Source: a virus. Taken from it: a DNA stretch of 64,000 bases. Within the stretch, counting starts at the first letter, position 1. The number at the start of each line of letters is the position of its first letter. The stretch lies in IMG/VR virus record IMGVR_UViG_3300029319_000004, positions 32,001 through 96,000 of that record; one strand, given 5' to 3'. A program made the translations under genes and the position numbers. Positions 58,975-64,000 of the stretch are shown here, one piece after another. Under the pieces are notes generated by a model. The model searched no databases. It had not been told where the DNA came from and saw only the letters and a program-made list of their open reading frames with translations.

Positions 58975-59496
58975 ATGATTTTAGGACTAGATGTTAGCAC
59001 CAGCATAACAGGTGCCACTGTCATTGACAGTGATGGAAAAATAGTATATAATGAGGCGTGGGACCTGAGAAAGTATAAAGATTTCTTTCAAAAAGCAGAA
59101 GTTGTAAAAGGCAAAATTTGGGAACTAGAAGATACTTTTCTTATCAAAGAAATTTACATTGAGCAGTCTCTTCAGAGCTTCAGAAGTGGCTTTTCCTCTG
59201 CAAAAACTCTCTCTACTCTTTCTCGCTTCAATGGTGTTGTGTCTTGGCTGTGTTATGACATTTTAAAAACTGCGCCAGAGTATATAGCTGCCACAAGTGC
59301 CAGAAAAAAGGTTGGGATAACAGTTCCAAAGGGAACAAAAGCTAAAGAGTGTGTTATTAAGCATGTAATTGACAATGTGCCAGATGTTGCTATAACTTAT
59401 ACTAAGTTCGACAATGTGAAGCCTGAATGCTACGATAAAGCAGACAGTTGGGTTATCGCTATGGCAGGTCATATACAATGCAAGACAAAAAACTAA
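58975..59496 (+). CDS. ruvC: RuvC-like Holliday junction resolvase
   Basis: MILGLDVSTSITG, IYIEQ and DKADSWVIA acidic RNase H-fold catalytic motifs. Confidence 0.82.
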   Translation: MILGLDVSTSITGATVIDSDGKIVYNEAWDLRKYKDFFQKAEVVKGKIWELEDTFLIKEIYIEQSLQSFRSGFSSAKTLSTLSRFNGVVSWLCYDILKTAPEYIAATSARKKVGITVPKGTKAKECVIKHVIDNVPDVAITYTKFDNVKPECYDKADSWVIAMAGHIQCKTKN

Positions 59497-60419
59497 AAAT
59501 TCTAACCTCAGTATTAGGAAGATATTTTTCTTCCAGTGATGAAAAACTTTTTCACTGTCCTAGATGCGAGCACCACAAGCAGAAGCTCTCTGTAAATATA
59601 GAAAAAAACGTATTTAAATGCTGGGTTTGTGATTACAAAGGAAAAGACCTTTATAGGATTGTCAAAAGATATGGCGTATACGAGCAACGTCGCAAATGGA
59701 AAGAGTTGACATCTACAGTTGATGTAGAGAACTTTACAGCCAATCTTTTTGATCAGAGACAAGAACAAGAGAAGCAGATTATTGACATGCCCCGCGAGTT
59801 TATATCGTTAGCAAATAAAAATCTTCCACCCTTGTCGATGTATGCTTTAAATTATCTTCACTCACGTGGACTATCAAAGGCGGATATTATAAGATGGAAA
59901 ATAGGTTTTTGCCCAGATGGAGATTACGGAGGAAGAGTTATTGTACCATCGTTTGACGAGGACGGAGATTTAAATTACTTCATTGCTAGATCTTATGATC
60001 ACACGTGGCCAAAATATTTAAATCCTAAAGATGCTAATAAGGGTATCATATTTAATGAGCTTTTTTTAGATTTTGATGAGGACCTTATCTTAGTTGAGGG
60101 GGTATTTGACGCAATTGTTGCTGGTCCCAATGCTGTGCCGATACTTGGATCAACTCTGAGAGATGAACACCCTTTAATTCAAAAAATCATTGATAACGAC
60201 ACAACAATATACATTGGGATGGATCATGATGCGAAAAAGAAAGAATTAGACATAATTAAGCTGCTACTCAAGTATGATATTGAAGTTTACAAAATTGATA
60301 CTGGCAATCATGATGATATTGGCTCAATGAAAATATCTGAATTCAGAGAAAGAAAACAATCTTCTTCATTAGTTACAAATGACAACTATTTATATCAAGT
60401 TATACAGGAGTTTTTGTAG
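59478..60419 (+). CDS. DNA primase (CHC2-type zinc finger + TOPRIM)
   Basis: CPRCEHH...CWVC zinc finger; GRVIVP; LVEGVFDA; YIGMDHDA; start inferred at MQDKK (59478). Confidence 0.9.
   Translation: MQDKKLKILTSVLGRYFSSSDEKLFHCPRCEHHKQKLSVNIEKNVFKCWVCDYKGKDLYRIVKRYGVYEQRRKWKELTSTVDVENFTANLFDQRQEQEKQIIDMPREFISLANKNLPPLSMYALNYLHSRGLSKADIIRWKIGFCPDGDYGGRVIVPSFDEDGDLNYFIARSYDHTWPKYLNPKDANKGIIFNELFLDFDEDLILVEGVFDAIVAGPNAVPILGSTLRDEHPLIQKIIDNDTTIYIGMDHDAKKKELDIIKLLLKYDIEVYKIDTGNHDDIGSMKISEFRERKQSSSLVTNDNYLYQVIQEFL
60385..60395 (+). promoter_or_regulatory. candidate late promoter ACTATTTATAT
   Basis: Identical to 55465; embedded in the primase 3' end, upstream of a CAGGAG RBS and two small MK(I/V)T genes. 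Confidence 0.5.
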
Positions 60420-60745
60420 TGAAGATTACCATCCTTAAAGAAAAGAAGCAAAAAAAACAAATTGATGAGGGGTTGCCCTTAGCTGGATTGGCTACACTTA
60501 TTGGCGGTGCAATCTCTGACGCGCTAGATGATGAGCCTGCAGAAACAGCAGACAACATTATAGATAAGTCAAGCAACAAGCCAGTAATGGTACAAGCTCA
60601 TGGTGACGAATTTAGATCTATAAAAAGAATCCTACAGGCCATACAAGCACAACTAATTAAGATGGGCGGAGGTCCTACAGGCAAGCGCTCTTCTAAGGCC
60701 GCTCCAGCCGCGGCAGGTGTTGTTTCTGAGGAAAAAATAGATTAA
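60419..60745 (+). CDS. small protein with MKIT leader, candidate internal head protein
   Basis: GTG start, AGGAG RBS; MKITILKE...QIDE. Confidence 0.6.
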   Translation: MKITILKEKKQKKQIDEGLPLAGLATLIGGAISDALDDEPAETADNIIDKSSNKPVMVQAHGDEFRSIKRILQAIQAQLIKMGGGPTGKRSSKAAPAAAGVVSEEKID

Positions 60746-60749
60746 AATT

Positions 60750-61022
60750 ATGAAAGTTACGAAAGAAAAACTTCGAGAAATCATAAAAGAAGAGCTTCAA
60801 GAAGCTTACGTTCAGTCCTTATCTTCTAAAGGCTCACATGAGGGAAGAATGGCTAGAAGCCAACTTTTAAGGTCTGCGGAGTATTCTGTTAAGCTCATTA
60901 ATATGATTGAAGACGATGATGAATTGCCCTCATGGGTACAATCAAAAATTACGTTGGCATCAGATTATTTAGCTAAAGTTTATCACTATCTTTATGGTGA
61001 AGAAGTTTTTGATCAAGAATAG
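60750..61022 (+). CDS. small phage protein with MKVTKEKLREIIKEE leader (candidate prohead/internal protein)
   Basis: Leader plus HEGRMARSQL...LPSWVQSKITLASDYL, a motif I recall from large T4-like phages. Confidence 0.7.
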   Translation: MKVTKEKLREIIKEELQEAYVQSLSSKGSHEGRMARSQLLRSAEYSVKLINMIEDDDELPSWVQSKITLASDYLAKVYHYLYGEEVFDQE

Positions 61023-61024
61023 TA

Positions 61025-61052
61025 TTTACATGCTATATTGTGTTTGTATAAT
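61025..61052 (+). promoter_or_regulatory. sigma70-type promoter TTTACA-N16-TATAAT
   Basis: Intergenic, upstream of the CAGGAG RBS and ATG at 61072. Confidence 0.6.
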
Positions 61053-61071
61053 GCTATGAGCAGGAGTTTAT

Positions 61072-64000
61072 ATGAAATTTGCTCACATAGCTGATACTCA
61101 CATCAGAAACTTAAAATATCACAAAGAATACAAAGAGGTATTCAACAACCTTTACAAATCCTTAAAGGAAAAAAAGGTTGACTACATTGTCCATTGTGGA
61201 GACATTGCACACACAAAAACTCAGATCTCGCCTGAGTTTGTTGAGATGTGCTCTGATTTTCTTTTTAACCTAGCAGAGATTGCCCCTACATATGTTATTC
61301 TTGGGAACCATGATGGAAATTTAAAAAATTCAAATCGTCAAGATGCGCTAACCCCAATTGTTCATGCGCTGAATCATGATAACTTATTTTTGCTCAAGAA
61401 CTCTGGAGAAACTCAGATTGATAATAAATTTACTATTAATGTATTATCAGTCTTTGATAGGGAAAACTGGCAACTACCTACTAATGAGGAAAAAATAAAT
61501 ATTGCCCTATACCATGGCTCTATTAGTGGTGTAACCACAGACTCTGGCTGGACAATGGAGAGCGGTGAAGATGATATCAATATTTTTAATAACTTTGACT
61601 ATGGGTTTCTTGGTGACATCCACAAGACCAATCAGACCCTTGATAAAAAAGGAAAAATTAGATATCCAGGATCAACCGTACAACAAAACCATGGAGAAAC
61701 AAACGACAAGGGTTTTCTATTATGGGACATTGTAAGCAAAGATAGCTTCACTTGTGAGCACATAGTATTAAAAAACCCTAAGCCGTTTATTACAATAAAG
61801 CTGACACCTAAGGGTCGCTTACCTAACAAAATTTCTATTCAAGAAAACTCTAGATTGCGCCTTGTAGCAGAGAACAATTTACCCCTTGATGTTATTCGTC
61901 GAGCTATAGACGTAGCAAAACACCGGTTCTCTCCAGAGTCTGTAACCTTTCTAAATCGTGCACAAGGCGATCGTAAGGATATGCAAGAGAGTACAAACTC
62001 TTTGGGCAAGCAAGACCTTCGAGATCTTGCAGTTCAGGAAAAGCTAATACAAGAGTACCTAGAAGATTTTCACCCTAGTCAGGATACACTCAAGTCTGTT
62101 TTTTCTTCAAACTCATCATACAATACAAAAGCTGAAGAGCAAGAGGACATCCAAAGAAATGTTAACTGGAGACTTCTTAAGCTAGAGTGGGACAACCTTT
62201 TTAACTACGGAGAGGGCAACTGTATTGATTTTTCTGAAAAACAAGGAGTTGTAGGTATTTTAGGGAAGAATTTTTCTGGAAAATCAAGCACTATTGATAG
62301 CCTTCTTTATACCTTATACAATACCACTTCGAAACGTAATAGAAAAAATCTTAATTTAATTAACCAAAATAAAGACAATGCACGTGGTTATATTGAAATT
62401 GGAATTGGAACAAAAATCTATTATGTTGAAAGAACAAGCACAAAATATACTAAAAAGCTAAAAGGAAAGCAGACTCTAGAAGCTAAAACTGATGTTAATT
62501 TTTGGCTTATTGACGAGGCAACCGGAGAGGAAAGATCGCTAAACGGTATTACACGTGCAGAAACTGATAAAAACATTCGTAAGGTTTTTGGAACTTTAGA
62601 GGATTTTTTGACAACCTCTATGGCTAGTCAGCTTGACTCTCTTTCATACATAAATGAAGGGTCAACTCGAAGAAAAGAAATATTAGCTAAGTTTTTGGAT
62701 TTGGAATTTTTTGATAAAAAGTTTAAACTTATAAAAGAGGATACTACTGACGTAAAAGCCGTTGTTAAAAGGTTTTCCGATGTAGATTATGATGATGAGA
62801 TCTCAAATGCCAGAACTTTACTGGCTAGATCTCAAACAGAGCTTTCTGTAAATCAAAGAGAGCTTGAGAAGATAGAGTTAGATAAAGAAAATCTCGTTGT
62901 TGCATTGACTAGCATTAACTCTAAGCTGCAGCAAATACCTAATGAAGTCGTCGAAGGTAGCGGCCTAGAAGATAAGATATCTAAAACTCAAGACACTATC
63001 TCAACTTTAGAAATTAATTCTTCATCTATCTCAGATAAGCTTCATGCCTGCAATAATATACATACTAAGCTTGAAAATTTTATTGAAAATTTTGATATCG
63101 AGAATTGGAAAAGTCGTAATCAAGATATTGAAGATATGAATGATCGTCTTCAAAAAGTTCAAAGAGACTTAGATGAGTATGAGACTCTTAACAATAGAAA
63201 TAATTCAAAAATAGAGCTTTTAAAAAGCGCACCTTGTAACAAAGCATTAAAACAAAAATGTCATTTTGTGAAAGATGCGTATAAGGCCTATGAGGACGTC
63301 TCTAGAACTAGAATGGCTGTTAATCAATTATCTTTGAATAAGAAAACTTTAATTTCTAGGTTGAAAGAGTCGCAGCCTGAAAAAGTTATGCGCTATATTG
63401 AACAATACGAAACGCTCTTAGAGAAAAAGAGGCAAAAAACTATTGAAGTAGCCAATCTAAAGCTTGACATGCAAAAAAACAAGTCTCAGCTGTTTCAGCT
63501 TAGGTCTCTTTACGATGAGCTTCTTGTAAAACAGCAAAAACAACAAGATAACTTGGACTTGATAAAAGAACTAAATGGTCTAGAAAAAGAAAGGAAAGAG
63601 ACTGAAAAACTTCTTCAACAGACTTCGAGCGAATACGAAGATCAAAAAGTTTTAGTTCTCGACTTGTATAAGAAAAGTGGCAGCTATGAACAAAGCCTTC
63701 AGGAGCTTATTGATCAAAAAGAGGAATTTGAAAACATGGAGAAGGAGTTTACGACTCTAGATCTTTTGATGCGATGCATGCACCCTAATGGCATTTCTTA
63801 CGATATTATCAAAAAACAATTGCCAGTCATTAACACTGAAATTTCTAAAATTTTAACTAATATTGTCGATTTCCAAATCTTTTTTGAAAATGACGAAAAT
63901 CGACTCAATATTCTTATTCAACACCCTGGATATGCGGCTCGTCCAATTGAGATGGGCTCAGGTGCAGAAAAGACTATAAGCGCTATGGCAATCAGATTAG
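61072..64000 (+). CDS. sbcDC: fused Mre11/SbcD nuclease-Rad50/SbcC ATPase (gp47-gp46-like), 3' partial
   Basis: Manually translated; no stop from 61072 to the window end. Phosphoesterase motifs ADTH, CGDIAH, GNHD, YHG, GDIH and YPGS; Walker A GKNFSGKS (~62266-62289); coiled coil; ABC signature MGSGAE (~63952-63969). Absent from the ORF track. Confidence 0.92.
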   Translation, partial: MKFAHIADTHIRNLKYHKEYKEVFNNLYKSLKEKKVDYIVHCGDIAHTKTQISPEFVEMCSDFLFNLAEIAPTYVILGNHDGNLKNSNRQDALTPIVHALNHDNLFLLKNSGETQIDNKFTINVLSVFDRENWQLPTNEEKINIALYHGSISGVTTDSGWTMESGEDDINIFNNFDYGFLGDIHKTNQTLDKKGKIRYPGSTVQQNHGETNDKGFLLWDIVSKDSFTCEHIVLKNPKPFITIKLTPKGRLPNKISIQENSRLRLVAENNLPLDVIRRAIDVAKHRFSPESVTFLNRAQGDRKDMQESTNSLGKQDLRDLAVQEKLIQEYLEDFHPSQDTLKSVFSSNSSYNTKAEEQEDIQRNVNWRLLKLEWDNLFNYGEGNCIDFSEKQGVVGILGKNFSGKSSTIDSLLYTLYNTTSKRNRKNLNLINQNKDNARGYIEIGIGTKIYYVERTSTKYTKKLKGKQTLEAKTDVNFWLIDEATGEERSLNGITRAETDKNIRKVFGTLEDFLTTSMASQLDSLSYINEGSTRRKEILAKFLDLEFFDKKFKLIKEDTTDVKAVVKRFSDVDYDDEISNARTLLARSQTELSVNQRELEKIELDKENLVVALTSINSKLQQIPNEVVEGSGLEDKISKTQDTISTLEINSSSISDKLHACNNIHTKLENFIENFDIENWKSRNQDIEDMNDRLQKVQRDLDEYETLNNRNNSKIELLKSAPCNKALKQKCHFVKDAYKAYEDVSRTRMAVNQLSLNKKTLISRLKESQPEKVMRYIEQYETLLEKKRQKTIEVANLKLDMQKNKSQLFQLRSLYDELLVKQQKQQDNLDLIKELNGLEKERKETEKLLQQTSSEYEDQKVLVLDLYKKSGSYEQSLQELIDQKEEFENMEKEFTTLDLLMRCMHPNGISYDIIKKQLPVINTEISKILTNIVDFQIFFENDENRLNILIQHPGYAARPIEMGSGAEKTISAMAIRL

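Noticed and set aside
943-61829. Numerous 60-155 aa ORFs in the track that overlap long genes (e.g. 943-1179 -, 14245-14502 -, 25944-26411 -, 45409-45858 -, 57223-57558 +)
   Set aside because: They are antisense or alternate-frame shadows of long coding regions with no RBS or recognisable motif; 25944-26411 is simply the mirror of a coiled-coil/Pro-Gly segment.
1-64000. Alternative genetic code (stop-codon reassignment), as in some huge phages
   Set aside because: ORFs up to 11 kb are open in the standard code, and TAA, TAG and TGA all terminate genes at tight junctions.

Overview
This is a 64-kb segment of a large AT-rich lytic myophage (jumbo/T4-superfamily-like, contractile tail). It uses the standard genetic code and nearly all genes lie on the + strand. 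(1) 1-10.5 kb, auxiliary/regulatory block: a structurally rearranged tRNA-like gene with a UAU anticodon, a SpoU/TrmH RNA methyltransferase, a lone minus-strand lipoprotein serine protease, a PIN-PhoH fusion, an HExxH metalloprotease, a Cas4-like PD-(D/E)xK nuclease, two tandem GT4 glycosyltransferases, an FmdB zinc ribbon and a phage sigma factor. (2) 10.5-59 kb, a very large baseplate/tail cluster: a gp5-like hub carrying an M15 peptidase, a spike candidate, a 3684-aa protein, gp25, gp6, a LamG/MAM-bearing 2263-aa protein, a 3302-aa protein with nested repeat modules, and several paralogous wedge/collar-like proteins. (3) 59-64 kb, replication/recombination genes: RuvC-like resolvase, TOPRIM primase, two small late genes, and a single-ORF Mre11-Rad50 (gp47-gp46/SbcDC) fusion that runs off the window and is absent from the supplied ORF track. 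The most unusual observations are the arm-swapped tRNA-like RNA beside RNA-modifying and RNA-cleaving enzymes, and the Russian-doll nesting of one ~100-aa module inside copies of itself in the 3302-aa virion protein. All family assignments come from motif recognition by eye; no database searches were run.
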